From Lama glama (lineage: Eukaryota): a stretch of 64,000 nt of DNA. The notes beneath the pieces are model-generated. The model saw only the letters and a list, made by a program, of their open reading frames with translations. It had not been told where the DNA came from and made no database searches. Shown here piece by piece: positions 1 through 13,000 of the stretch. The stretch spans positions 23,252,001 through 23,316,000 of the forward strand of contig CM052816.1 in NCBI GenBank assembly GCA_028534125.1. Reading direction: 5' to 3'. Both the position numbers and the translations under genes were made by a program. How positions within the stretch are numbered: the first letter of the stretch is position 1; every line of letters begins with the position of its first letter.

Positions 1-739
1 TTTGATTTTTTTCTTTTATATATTTTTATGTCCCAGCCAACTCAGGAAATTTCCATTCTAGCATCTAATAGCAGTATTTACAACGCATCCAATACTGCGG
101 AACTGAGGGATGAACAGAAAGTGATGAAGTAACTGGCCTTCTGCCTGAATCCTGAGTAGCTGCAAGCTGTTGACAGTATTTGTATTATTTGCTTTATGGC
201 TATTAACTTCACTTCTGGGTCATTCTCATTAAACCAGTATTGGGGAAATCTGTTTTGATGTTTTGAACTTAATTATAAATAAAATACAATAACCATTATG
301 CATTCATCTTAATACCAAATATGGGCAAAATCTGAAAAAAAAAGTAATTTTTATTTACTGATTTTTTTTTTGTTCTCTAAAGGCACTTAACAAAGACTAG
401 ATATTGTGCTGTGTTCCTTCTTTTCCAATCTCAGAAATAAGCTGATACTTTTCTTCAATGCTCTGTATTTAACCCATGAAATGGGTATTTTTAATAAAAC
501 TATTATCTATTCAGGTAGATCACATTTCTAGAACCTGCATCATAAATGCTGAAACACCCTTGAAAGTGAGTTCAGTGTTTCGATGTATTGAAATTCTCTA
601 TGTTATTGGACATTCCAAACTTTTAAAAAATATTTTACTTTTCAATTTTGAAATAATTATATATTCACATGTACTTGTGACAAATAAGAGGTAATCTGAA
701 TACCCTTTATCCAGTTCCCCACAAAGGTAATGACTTGCA

Positions 740-1150
740 AAATGACAGTACAATATCACAATTCACAACCAGAACACAGAAGAGTTACAACATCACAACC
801 AGAACACTGATACTGCCAAGATGTGCAATCTTTCGTTCCCCACAAGAACCCCTCCAGGTGCCCTTTTATAGTCACACCCGTTTCCCCCTCCCATCCACCA
901 GTCAGCCAGCTCTGGCAACTACTAACCTGTTCTCCATTCCTATAATGTTTCCATTTCAAGAATGTTTTGAAAATGGAATTACACAGTGTTAACTTTTAGG
1001 GACTGACTTTTTTTCACTGAGCATAATCCCCCTGGAGGTTCATCTTCAAGGTTGTATCAATCGTCTGTTTCTTTTTATTGTCAGCTAGTAATTCCTGCTC
1101 TGCACAGATCACAATTTGTTCAACAATTCACCCACTGAAAGGTGTTCACT
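740..1150 (-). mobile_element. Old L1 (L1M-type) 3' UTR fragment
   Basis: ctctggcaactactaacctgttctccatt...ggaattacacag...ttttcactgagcataat resembles the reverse complement of old L1 3' ends. Confidence 0.7.
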
Positions 1151-1619
1151 AAAATTGTGGAATTCTGTAAGAAAAAGACTATATGTATTCATTTGTCTTT
1201 ATATTTTTCTTTTTAAATTTTTATTTATTTTCTATTGAACTAACAATGACCAGCAAGTAATTGAATCCCAAGCAAAAATATTTTAATGAGGAAGAAGGTC
1301 TTATCTCCAAGAACTTCTTAGAGATATGTAAAATGCTGGTTATTTTTTAAGCATCATTTTTTCACTTGAACAACTTCTAAAGTCATGTCATGTCAGTTAC
1401 TTTGTAGCCATCATTTACATTCCTAGAAAATATTTTTCTCTCAGGGTTTGGGCTTAATATTAAAATGACTATTTCATTTTTTATTTTAATGAAAAAATTG
1501 TATTTGATATTATTCATAACATCCAGTAAAGAATCCAGTTTGATCTTGTCATTTCCACATACACAAATATTTTAATGGGACCCCATAACTTTCAAGTTAA
1601 ATGTAACCTGAGTGTTAGC

Positions 1620-1930
1620 ACAACACTCAAGGACCTTCATGAAGTAGCTTCTTCCTACTTTTTTGGTCAAATAATTTCCCACAGCCTGATTCTCTTATTT
1701 GGCACCCTAATAAACATTTTCGCTAACCTCAGTGCCTTTGCACCTATGCATTTTCCTGGAAGGCTTTCTCCAGCTCCCCTATCACTCTGTATAGTGTTTT
1801 TATTATTATCTAACCCCTCCTACATGGACAGTAAATTCTCTAAAAACGGAAAACATGCGTCTTTGGATCATCCAGCAAAAGTGAGAGCACAATCAGTATT
1901 GGTAAAGGAATCAATGAATGAAACATAAAC
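1620..1930 (+). mobile_element. L2 3' fragment
   Basis: cctcagtgcctttgcacctatgc...cctggaagg and terminal ...gaatcaatgaatgaa resemble the L2 3' end. Confidence 0.55.
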
Positions 1931-3929
1931 ATGTAATTGAAGCCCAAGTACTTTCTGTACTAAGAGGTTCATCTCAACACTGTGCTTCCTAAGATGGTAA
2001 AAAAAATCTGCAAACTAAACGATTAATTATGGGGAATAACTATACATGGCAAATGCAGTACATGGATTATCATTTATGTGTTAAAATTCAAGTTTATGAA
2101 GAGTTTACATTAATATAAAAATGCTCCTATTAATTTAAGTAAAGAAAGTACAATACAAAATTGTATTAACTATCACTGAAACAAAATAATGCAGAGAAGA
2201 GAAAAAATAAATTCTGGCGCATTTTCTTTGGCTAACAACATTTATTTTTGTACACGCCAAGTGCCTTTAAAATGGAAAAACAGAAACAAATGGCGCCCTT
2301 AGTGAGACACAGGCATCCATATACTGAGACCCAGGGGCTTGGAGGCCTCCGGAGAATCTGGCCATGGATAAGGAAAGCCATGCCGAGAGGGTATCACGGC
2401 ACCAGGCTGACAGCATGAGAGCTGTAAGCTGGCAAGATGTGGAATAATATGAAGAATGTGGAATGTTGACTTATTTTTTCCCCTTCAAACCATATCTATT
2501 TAGATTTCATAAAAGCATGTTTAACTCTTCATTTATTTCCAAACAGGTTATTAAATTTTGGGGCCTTCATTCTAGGTTTTATTTCATCATTTCATCTACT
2601 AGATAAAAGTTACGTTCTAGAGTAATGTGGTTACTGCATATAGTATGCGGAATTTTGATTCCACATGAACCCTGCAGATACTAAGGTGTCAATGACACAC
2701 TGATGCCTCTGAAGACCAAGATCATTTCTAATAGTCTTATATGTCAAAAATCCCCCTATATTCACTGACTCACACTTTTGAGGTGTCAAAACCAATTTAT
2801 AACATTCCTTCAAAGATTTTTAGATATTTTAGAACACCAATGCAAAGTAAACAATTATTTCACAAATACATTTTAAGATGTTTGAAAATAAAAGGAGTAG
2901 TATCAATGGCCAATGCTAACGTGAAAAATGATATATCCATTCAAATTTTTCTAGAACTATGATTCAAATGTGACCAGATTGTGATGAAAAGAGTACATAT
3001 GTTAAACTGTTGGAAATTTTACTTGAGATCACCAGCACTGTTGGATATTTAAAAATAATATTTCTCTTAAAAGAAGATATTTTTATATCTTAGGCTTTAC
3101 ATAGTTTATAATAATTGGTATTAATAAATTAATAGAAATAGAAATAAATTAATAGAAAACTTAGTTTGAAACACTGATGTAAAAGATTATGATAATAAAA
3201 ATTTAGCTACATGACACTAGGTACCTTTTTAAAATGTCTTTTGCCCACTTACTACTGCAATGTAATGTCTTACAACTGAACTCAAAAATAATTTATGTCC
3301 AACACTGAAATTTTATACTTTCCTATGATATTTTATTTGCTATTGCTTAGTATATTCTTGTCAAGTGGGTAGAATAGTGCTATTATTCCTCTTTCCTGCT
3401 GAAGATAAATTCTGCACGAGTCTGTTTCCAATGTTCTGTGCTTTGAACTTACTCTCATTTAATTCATGAATATGCTGAAAGATTACAAAGCTCTTTCTGG
3501 CTATAAAATCGACAAAACAGGGTCAGAAATGATGCGATTCTTGAAACTCTGTCCATCCACTTTATTTATGAACTGCAAAGGAAAATAATATCCAAATGCC
3601 CAGAAATATTTTGGCATTGAAATGAATATATGTCCTATTAACATAGTCAGAGATAATTGAAAACTGTTGACTAAACAGAATGGAACAGATTGGAGCGAGA
3701 AGGTCTATTCAAATGCAAATCATAGAGACGTTGCTTATATTCAGGACTATTTTATAAAATCAGCCATTTGAAATAAAAATAAGAACGCATCTAAATTCTC
3801 ATTTAACAGATTAAATAAAATATCTCTCTGAATCCAAAGAAAACCTATATAAGTCTCTAAGGGGCATGTTGTATTTTGTGGAAAGAAATAACACGAAAGC
3901 CCTGAGCTGCTCTTGAAGGACGTACATGA

Positions 3930-4105
3930 TCCGGAGGAAATAAGACTTGAACTCAGGAGCCCTGGATTCTAATCTTGGCTCCACCCCGACTGGGTGTGTG
4001 ACCTTGGGAAGTCTCTTAATCTCTAAGCATTTCAATTTTCTTACGTTAATAATAATGACGAAGTTATGCTTAAGAATATCTGAAAGCCCTTCTGAACTTG
4101 AAAGT
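3930..4105 (+). mobile_element. MIR SINE
   Basis: MIR core cctggattctaatcttggctccacc..actgggtgtgtgaccttgggaagtctcttaatctct. Confidence 0.8.
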
Positions 4106-4949
4106 AAAATAATTTATACTGAACCCCTGTTTTTTAAGGTCTGGTGATTGACAAAACGTATTCGAGTTTGTAATTAATGTGATTTCAGAAAAAAATTTTA
4201 ATGCTAAAAATTTCCTCGTTCAAATTGAAGACCGACAAGTTCTGTATGTTTACTCTTGAAGTTTTATTAGACCACAGTCACAGAAGAAATTAAAAAAATG
4301 AGGATAATAATATTCACTGGGTAAACGTTTTCCTGTCTAGCATCTCAAATGTAAACAGATTTTAATGACTGCCTTTCAGCGCTGTAACAGAAACCATCAA
4401 CCTTTTCATCACTGCATTTCCTTACATCCCACCACAGGACGGCAGCTGGTCATTCTTGGCTGAGTTATATTAAAGAAGAACATTCTAACCCTGAGGATTT
4501 TCATTTCAAATCTGTTTGTTTCTATGTGTGTTTTTGTTTTTTATGGATAAGAGATGTGAGGCAGAACCCCTCTGGGGAAATGGGCCCTGGAGTCAGTAGA
4601 GAACGAGGGAGGCAGAGGAAGAGGAACTGGGTGCATCCGGGAGCATCAGCAGGAGAGGACAGGATGGTATGGGATCCCAAGTTACATGCCGATACCGGGG
4701 CCCTGGGAGAAACATGGCCAATGAAACTTTCATTATGCCAGGGATGACTGATACAAGTTTTTCAACTGTGAGAGTGACCTGAAATCCTTTTGTTGTAAGT
4801 ACTCAGTGTCCCTGGGAGAAAAGTGCGTCTGTAGAATCACCCCCCTCCCCTGTGTCTGCCATGTTGCCTTTGCTCTGGCTGTGCCAGACGGTCATGTGCT
4901 CCAGGAGCCAGGTGACAGTCCCAGAGCCACAGGTGCCCTGGTCACGGCT

Positions 4950-6650
4950 GCTCCTCCCCAGCCTCCGCCCCAGCCTCTGAACCTCTGGATGGTCCCGGCA
5001 CCTTTTCTTCTCTCTCTTGAGGACACTGTGTCTTGCTGTCTCCACAGCCTCCAGTTGGATGGCCATTTTCTTGCTTACACCCCACATCTGGGGACCTAGA
5101 GGCAGCCTGGGTGTCACCATGAGACCATTTTCCCTTCCTTCTTCCTAAACCTACAGCTGTGGTGCAGACCATGCAGTGCAGCCCCCTTCTTGCTGTAGCC
5201 AAACACCAGCCCCCAGGTGCTCCCCCTTTCAGTCTAGGATTTTAGCTCCTGGGTTACTGCTATACATTCTAATACGGCTCCAAACACTTTTTTGGTAATT
5301 ACTATCCATGTGAATGATTCTTCCAACAATGAGGCCTCTCAGTTCTGGGCCCTCTTCTCTTTCCAAAGATCTCTCCTTTCACTTCACTTAAAGCCACTAA
5401 CTCCCCTGGTCTTGTGATCACCAATAATCTCAGCTCTCTTTGCTATCACCATCTCCTGGGTTTCCAGCCCTCTCCCTTAATTACCTGAATCTAAAAGCTC
5501 TCTAGCCCCAACAGGCCCTAAAATCCAACAGTGCTGCCACCGCTTCACTTTTCTTTCAAGCCCTTCATATTTACTTTCTTCCTTACACGACAAAATTCCA
5601 TGGCCATTTCCAACTCCTTATATACAACTTCAGATCAATTTAATTCCCCTTTTATTTTATTATACTCAAATGGCAATTCTGAAACTTATACCACACGTCC
5701 ACTTGTACGTTGCACAGAGCTGGAGGGTGACATACCATTACGATGAGTGTCACGCTACATTCAAGACCAGTAACTTCGAATGGACCATTAGTGCTACCAT
5801 TATAGTCAAAGCACATGAACCCATTTCATTCATGCTCACTCTCTTAGATGACCACTTCACATCTCCTCTCTTTTCAAAATTCCAGTATCTCCTTTTCCAC
5901 CTTCAGTCTCACCAAGACAGCCTTTACTGATTAAAAAAAAAAAGTGCAACCAAAAGAGTACCATCCTGCAACCTGCTTCTGTCCCCACAAATACTCTTTT
6001 CTCCCATTACAAGTGATGGGCTACCCATATTTCTCTCTAAAGCCAACTACTCCATTCTACCCACTGCGTCAACATAAGAATGTCGCTCCAGAAATTTTTT
6101 GCTCTCTTTCACATCGCTAGTTTCCTGCTCCAGTCCAGAAAACACATAATGGCAGAGCACGTGTAATTTCTCCCACTGAAAACAACAAACTCTTTGATTT
6201 ATATTTTCCTCCAGCTAATGCCACATTTCTCTGCTTTCTTCTTTCAGCAAAATTTCCTAAGTTATCTTGGGTTCTTTGTCCAATGCATAACATGCTATTT
6301 TGTCTTAAATCTACTCCATTTTAGTCTTTTGAGTCAAATCAGTAAAATTAATTTTGACAGAGTCATCACTGACCTCTACATTCCACATATAATAAATATA
6401 ATATATTTAAAAATACAATAAACATATGTAAATATAATAGTCAATTTCAGTCTGCATTACTTTTGTCTTATTTGCAGCTTTTGATATAGCCAATTAATCT
6501 CTCTTCCTTGTAATACTTTCTCATTTGCCCTACAGGGAAGCATTCTCATCTGCATGTTTTCCCTCCAATGTTCTTGGCTATTTATTTTAATATACTTTGT
6601 TGGTTCCTTCTCATCTCTCTGAACTCTATAAATGATATAGTGTCCCAAGT
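4950..6650 (+). mobile_element. Long L2 remnant (~1.7 kb) including the endonuclease-derived region
   Basis: Colinear pyrimidine-rich matches to the recalled L2 consensus: gaggacactg, ggattttagctcctgg, gatgattcttccaac..ggcctctcagttc, aattccatggcc, ctctaaagccaactactcc, ctttcagcaaaatttcct, ctaaatgat..tgtcccaag. Confidence 0.75.
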
Positions 6651-6981
6651 AAATATAAAAGTGTCTGTATGTGACATAACAACCTGTATGGGGTCTAGGG
6701 CAGCCCCCATAAGTGTTTATATTTACGCAAAGCAATACAATGGGAAATCATATTGAGTGACATATGTAACAACTCTAAAGAGTCTGTCTTCAATTCATGT
6801 CAGATTTTGCCATAAAATAGTTCAGGCATTTAGCCCCTAAATGTGTTGCAAAAGACTTTCAGTTTCCAATCCTCTATGGTGCTTGAAATTTCAGATAAGG
6901 GGTTGTGGATCTGTCTTAATTATCAACGGTTAGTCAGAAAACAGCTGTCATGGAAAAGATACACATTGAAAAATCCTTCAC

Positions 6982-7135
6982 CTCCTCCACACGTGGCATC
7001 ACAGTCTTCCCAGCCCGTGTGTGTCCACATGAAAAGGGGCTCAGGTGCTTTCGAGCTCTGATTCTCTGGAAGAGGGTCTGACGGGATAGTGTATTCATAG
7101 TGAAGACCGTAACTCTGGTCTTGAAACAGCAGCAC
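6982..7135 (-). CDS. ADAMTS19: ADAMTS19 coding exon, end of spacer and start of TSR2 (VLLFQDQSYGLHYEYTIPSDPLPENQSSKAPEPLFMWTHTGWEDCDATCGGG)
   Basis: 154 nt, phase 0-1; acceptor atattacag|GTG, donor GAG|gtgaag; W....W..C..TCGGG TSR motif; lies inside ORF-track entry 6923..7135(-). Confidence 0.97.
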
Positions 7136-9439
7136 CTGTAATATGATGTATAGACGTGATCAAGGCATACAGATCAAAGTAGAATGTATTCAATGTGAAG
7201 CATACAACTACGGGCATTGATACTTAAGAATGCTTTTTGCACGGTGTGCATGCACCATTAATACATTTGCTTAAATGCTGAAATTGTCCTACTTCTGAAA
7301 ACACTGGAATTATATATACACTTACCTTTGAGCTAAAGATAGTATGAAAAAAAAAAAGTCCACATGAATGAGATCAGAGTTCCCAGATCATTTTCTCCTA
7401 AGTCAACAGACTGGACAGTCTCCCAAAGCACGGCACGTATATGAGATGACTTTAGTAGGGGGCATAGGGCCATGTGCCCTCAAGATATAGCCCACAACCT
7501 AGTATCAAATGTAGCCTTACCACTCACACACAAAAGAGATGGACAGCAAGTCCCTGTGTCAACAGAGGAAGAAGGTGAAAGACTGGGAATCGTATTACTC
7601 CATAAGGGTAGAGAACTTCTAAGCCAACTGGAGGGCAAGAATTTTGTTCCACGTATGCTTACAGTTAAACTCTGATTCTGGCAAGGTCGCTAATTTTCCA
7701 TTTATAATAAAGATCACTTCCTTAGAAAAGAAATTTACATTAAAGAGAACTTTTTAATGCATATTAACTTAATAATGGTACAGTTATGGACACACATGTA
7801 AACAGTGCAGGAAACCATAATGTATGTATGATGTATGAGAATGACGGAAGCCTGGGCTCCAGTGGACTCAGCCATTAGCAGGAATTGTGTCTGTCTCATG
7901 CTCCCAGGGTAGCCAGGGCCAAGCTTAGAACTGCATCATGGAGCAACCATACATGTTTTACATGAAAGAAAAATACCTGAAATATATTCACTTTAAATAG
8001 AAGAATGAGTGAGACTATGTGTTTCTTCATAAACACATTTTCACAAAGTATGTCAAACAAGCCCGTGGAATGTATCCCTTCTATGGATCTGAGGTTCCGC
8101 GGAAGCAATCTACTACATAACAGGAGGTGATATGTTTTAAAAACTATACATCTAAATTTTAGGTTATGTTAAATTATTAGAGAACTTTGATATTTAACCT
8201 GTAACGTAACAAGACAGCTGTAATGACAGGTAATTCAGAGTTAACACTTACTGGAAAAAAATTTAAGTAAGCCCAAGGTAATTTTCTTTACTTCTTTTTG
8301 TTAAGATTCTGCCTCAATACATCAACAGAAATACTAAGATATTTTAATAGGCAGATTGGGGAACTAGTATGATGATATTGTAAATCAACCATAGTATCAA
8401 TAAAAATAATACTTTTGAAGTTCACATGTGCATAACCTACTGGGTACTAGTTCTCAGTACATCACAGCGCTTATTTTGGCTTTATCCCACTTCCTGTTGC
8501 CAGTGACTTTCAGTTAAATGAGTTAAAAAAGAGAGAGAGATTGACTTACCTCTTTTTGGTAAGTTTATGGACATCACCAGACTATCACATGATTTTTTTA
8601 AATGCTGATGTGAACATATAAATAGCAGTCATTTGCCAACATACTTAATTAAATGAAAGTGTGTCTATTTTTTCTTAAAAATCTACCTTGTCATTGATAG
8701 AACTTCAGGGTGCCCTTGAATATCTAATGCCATTTAAAATAAAGACACTGGCTACAAAATCATTAGCTCTTTCTTAAACCATCTGAATTTGGCAGTATTC
8801 CTTGCAAGAAGGAAAGTGTGACCGTGTTACAGCTGAGGGGCACATACTGCAGCATGGCAGCAGAAAGTATTGCCTTTCAAGTCAGTACCGGCTTTCAATC
8901 TGTAATAGTCATTAAAGAAAAGTATCTTAGAAGTGCAGTTTCCCTTGGATTACTGAATAAATCCAGGTCACACAGATGCCTTCTTTTAGACATAGTTCAC
9001 TGACTTTAATTATGTCTCACGCTTCCAGGAAAAACCTTGGTAATTACCAGTCAGATTAAGGATTCTGCAGCAAGGAAACTCCCTTTGCCTGACACTGAGG
9101 TCTCACACGTACTGTTTGAAGATTTTGAATTAAAGGCTCAGTAAAAGAGCCTTGGTCTTGGGCCATAAAAAACGGAGGTTACACTCATGTAAGGGAGGCA
9201 ACCTGATGGGCTTTTCTGTAACCTAATCATTAAACATACTTTGTTGTTGATAATGCTGTTATTCTAAATGACCCAATCATGGAAAGAGCCAGATATTGGT
9301 CATACAATGTTTGTTTAGTCATTTCTCTCTCGCTCCCCTGATGGCAGAGGGCAGAGAGTAGAGTTTCCAACTCAAATTAAATAAAAGGATCCAAAGGAAC
9401 TATGGGGAGATGAACAAAATAATTATTTAAAGTACATGC

Positions 9440-9740
9440 AGACTTATGATCCAAGGTTGCCTGGTACAAAGAACTTAGATTTAAGCTTTGCATCAGGCAA
9501 GGTGGCACACAGAAGACTGATTAACACCAGTTTATTCAAAGCCAAACAATTTACTGGGAGGCACTGTGCATGTTACTTAACCTTTTACATACTTAGTTTT
9601 TTCTAATCTGTAAAAGGGAGTAATAATAATACCTATCACACAGGGTTATTTTGAGGATTAAATGCTATAGTGAACTTTGTAAAGCACTTTTGCCCAGGGT
9701 CTGATGCTCAGTGCTCGATAAACGATGTGTGTTATTATTA
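9440..9740 (+). mobile_element. MIR SINE
   Basis: cttagttttttctaatctgtaaaagggagtaataataatacctatcacacagggttattttgaggattaaatg...gtgctcgataaac. Confidence 0.8.
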
Positions 9741-9829
9741 CTAGGATTTGGAACAGAAGGCCCCTGTTGCAATTTACCTCGCTCCCTTTATGCACTCCTA
9801 CTGGTAAAGCCGATGGATTGCAGCTCTAG

Positions 9830-9992
9830 AAAACATTCTTATTTGAAATGTGGTCACTTGACCAGCAGGAGAGGCATCACCTGGGAGCTGGTTAGAGCTG
9901 AAGACCCCAGGTTCCTACCCAGACCAAAGGAAGCCGAACGTGCCTTTCAACAGGACCTTTGGGGATCTGCAGGCACATAAAGCAGGAAAAGC
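9830..9992. mobile_element. MER5A-like hAT-Charlie DNA transposon (MITE)
   Basis: aaatgtggtc..gaccagcagg..gcatcacctgggagctggttagagctg..cccagacc..ttcaacaggacc..ggggatctg..gcacataaag. Confidence 0.75.
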
Positions 9993-10856
9993 GAATGGGC
10001 CAATATGAGATTGAACCTCTGGCTCCAAGACCAACTAAAATTGTGTGGAGATACTAAATCATGGGGCAGACCACACTCTGCATAAACAGTCAGTTGGCTG
10101 TGTTTTAGAGTTGTTTTACGTGCGGACTCAAAGTGGTGACGTATGTGACTTTTAGACGTTGCCCCTAGAATTAAACACACCAGCAGCGTGCAATCAGTCC
10201 TCTGGCTCCTGAGCCCTTAGCACTGACTGCAATGATCAAGGTCAAAAAGGGCATGTGAACCTGCCACCAGCATCCTGATCTCTTCACTCCAAACTCAGAC
10301 CTAGTCTTCTGCTTCATGGTAAAGAAACTTATCCCAAACATTCAAGTTTTCCTAATTCTCTACGGGAATCAATGAACCTAGTAAGCACACACCTACTAGG
10401 TTAAGTGTAAAGGAAGCACTGTTAGATATTTACCAAGTGTTTTCCCCAACGATCAACAGCATTTTGTCAAAGGCATTTTATCCAGATGCAGACAACGCCC
10501 ATTTCATGGATGTATGAAACGCTGTGATTTGCCATATTACAGCACCCTCTTTACAGACTTCCACTCTGGTTAGTAAACATATGCTTTTAGGGAAAGAGGT
10601 TCCTTATCGCCTGCTAATTCACCTCTACTGGGAGTCTGCTAATTCACTAAAACATCTTGTTCTTCTTGTAATAATTTCCATGCTTATGTACCTTGATTCC
10701 AAACACATTAAAAACACCCTAAAACCCACTTCTTAAATAATTTTAAATGTCTACTTGACAACTCAGATTTGGAGAAAAGATCAGAGAAGGTGTGACGGGA
10801 ACATCCTTTGTCATAGGAAGTTGATTATGCAATGTTATTGATTTGATCCCTCATAC

Positions 10857-11014
10857 CAGGAGGTGTAAAGGCGACGTAGTAGGACCTTTGGCGGAGATCT
10901 TCTCCCAGAGGCCTCGTCTTACATAATGGACAGTAGTTCCCGCTAAATTGAATGTTCCAGAGTGTTCAATCTTCCAGTCACTATTAATAGACTGTTTTCC
11001 AGTGTCTCGGAGAG
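10857..11014 (-). CDS. ADAMTS19: ADAMTS19 coding exon, spacer domain ([52 protein letters not shown])
   Basis: 158 nt, phase 1-0; acceptor cctctttatag|CT, donor CTG|gtatga; spacer AGT...Y.R.....E.I.A.GPT..PL motif. Confidence 0.96.
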
Positions 11015-11899
11015 CTATAAAGAGGTTAAAAATATTATGAGATTAACGTCTGCATCATTAATCACAATCCACTTGGCATGATTTTGTGAAAAGCATTTCA
11101 TTCATTTCTAAACGAACAGGTCAGCACTCCCTGATGTAAAACGGGAGGCATCTCCTCTTTGGGAAAGTCTGCAATCACAGCGAATGCCACCACAATTTCT
11201 CCTTCTGTCCTGAAACTGATCACAACCATACACGGTCACACTCATCTTTGCCTCCTCCAGTCTCCTTTGGACACTTCTTGTCTGTAACCTCATTTGGCCC
11301 CTTAATCATTTCCTCTTTACCATATTATTATTTTAAGGCTATATGTGTCTGTGTTGTCTATACAATGATCCTATGAACAATGTGAGGGCTGGCACTGCAT
11401 CTTATACATACTCTGTGTCTCCTATGCCACCCAGGAAAGGGTGTGATTAAAGAAGGATCTCCCAAAATCATGTTAACTAACAGATCAAAATGACAGGGTT
11501 ACATTCACTACAAAACAATTCAATGATAATGAGATGGTTCTAAAATCAGAACTCAGGGCCTTTTAACATTACTAGCTAGCGACTTATTGTGTATAAGAAT
11601 GGAAGATACATGCTAATTCTCACCCATAAACTGTTTTGCATGGAATTTTGCAGAATAACTTTGTTTATCAACATTTTTTTGACCTGATCTGTGTTATTTA
11701 AATAAGATTCATGACATGGAAGTGAGATGTCATGATTATCATTAAAAAAAATGAATTAAGGTTTCCTTCTTCAGATTCTTTCTTCTTCCTTCCAGATAAC
11801 TGAATGCCTCATTCAAAAAAACATTTACATGAACAGTCACTGAAGGTTTTTATGTCATAATTCTATGAAAATGTTTTGATAACTTAAGCCAATAAATCT

Positions 11900-12190
11900 T
11901 CCTAAATATTATTTAATCTAATCTCTATGTATTGAATGTCTGAGGATTTCCAACTTTTTAATACTGTGAATAAAGCTCAGATAAACATACTGTACACTAA
12001 TTATGTGTGTATCTGAGTATTTCCCTTGGATAGATTCCCAGATTTTAATTACAGAATCAAAGAAATAGAACATTTAAAGATTTTGAAAAACAATGTGTAA
12101 CTGATTTTCATAAGGTTTGCATCAAATTATGCTTTCATAATAATGACTGAGAATGTCCATTTCTGAATACCTCCTTGAAGACACCTTTCT
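11900..12190 (-). mobile_element. Old L1 (L1ME-like) fragment
   Basis: gatttccaactttttaatactgtgaataaagctc..gtatttcccttggatagattccc..gagaatgtccatttct. Confidence 0.6.
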
Positions 12191-12239
12191 CTTATATAAT
12201 ATTTAATCATGATTGAATAATTACCTATCAAGCATCAGC

Positions 12240-13000
12240 TATAAATTAGGAAATACCCCAAGTTCTGGGATGTCCCCAGATGAACAACAGAAGTATGTTC
12301 TCTGGCTTCAAAGAACTTATTACCTAAGTCGCAAATCAGACATTAACCAAGTCATTTAAGTAGCTAACTAATTATAATCACGCTGAAACTTTGGTGGGAG
12401 GAATTAGGAAAGGCTTGCCTGAAGGCTGTCATTTACCGAGGATGTTAGCCAGGGGAAAAGAGAAGCCTAGAAAGAGCTTTCAGGACTGAAAGAACTACTC
12501 TAGGAAAGGTCTGAAAGCTCAGTGCAGCCTGCTGAGAATCAGGAGGCAAATGTGCAGGATGCCAAGTGCACGGAAGAGGATCCTGCAGGGGTGGGGCTGG
12601 AGAGGTGAGGGACAGCCAGACTTCACAGGTCTTGTTAATTTTTAGAGGCCTTTTCCTAAGAAAAAAATACAAAGCTATAGAAGATTTTTGAATAATATTG
12701 TGCAGAAAATGGCCTTATCTTGGGAAAATCTGGATAAAGACAGACATTAACATGGCAGCCCCCAAGACAGTAATGGTGGCTTGGCTTAAGGTAGTAGCGA
12801 AAAATGTGAAGATGAATTTAGGAGTGAAACTGATAAAATATGAGGGTGACTTGGTTGTCCTGGATGAAAAGAAGTGTCAGGGATGATCCCAGCTTCTTAC
12901 TATGAGAAACAGTGAGTTATAATGACAAATAATGAGATGGGAAAGACTAGCAAAAAAAAAAATGGTTGAAGAGAAATATCAAATGTTAAATTTTGAACAA
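12240..13000 (-). mobile_element. L2 fragment(s)
   Basis: Purine-rich reverse-L2 motifs: ctggagaggtgaggg..agccag, gtaatggtggcttggcttaaggtagtag, gagatgggaaagact. Confidence 0.55.

Noticed and set aside
4526..5202. Cluster of overlapping ORFs in a GC-rich patch, considered as a nested gene or retrogene
   Set aside because: No recognisable protein, no poly(A)/TSD signature, and the right part matches L2; higher GC explains the scarcity of stops.
1..6981. Search for the next ADAMTS19 exon (continuation of TSR2)
   Set aside because: I found no phase-1 exon encoding the expected Cys-containing TSR continuation; it presumably lies left of the window.
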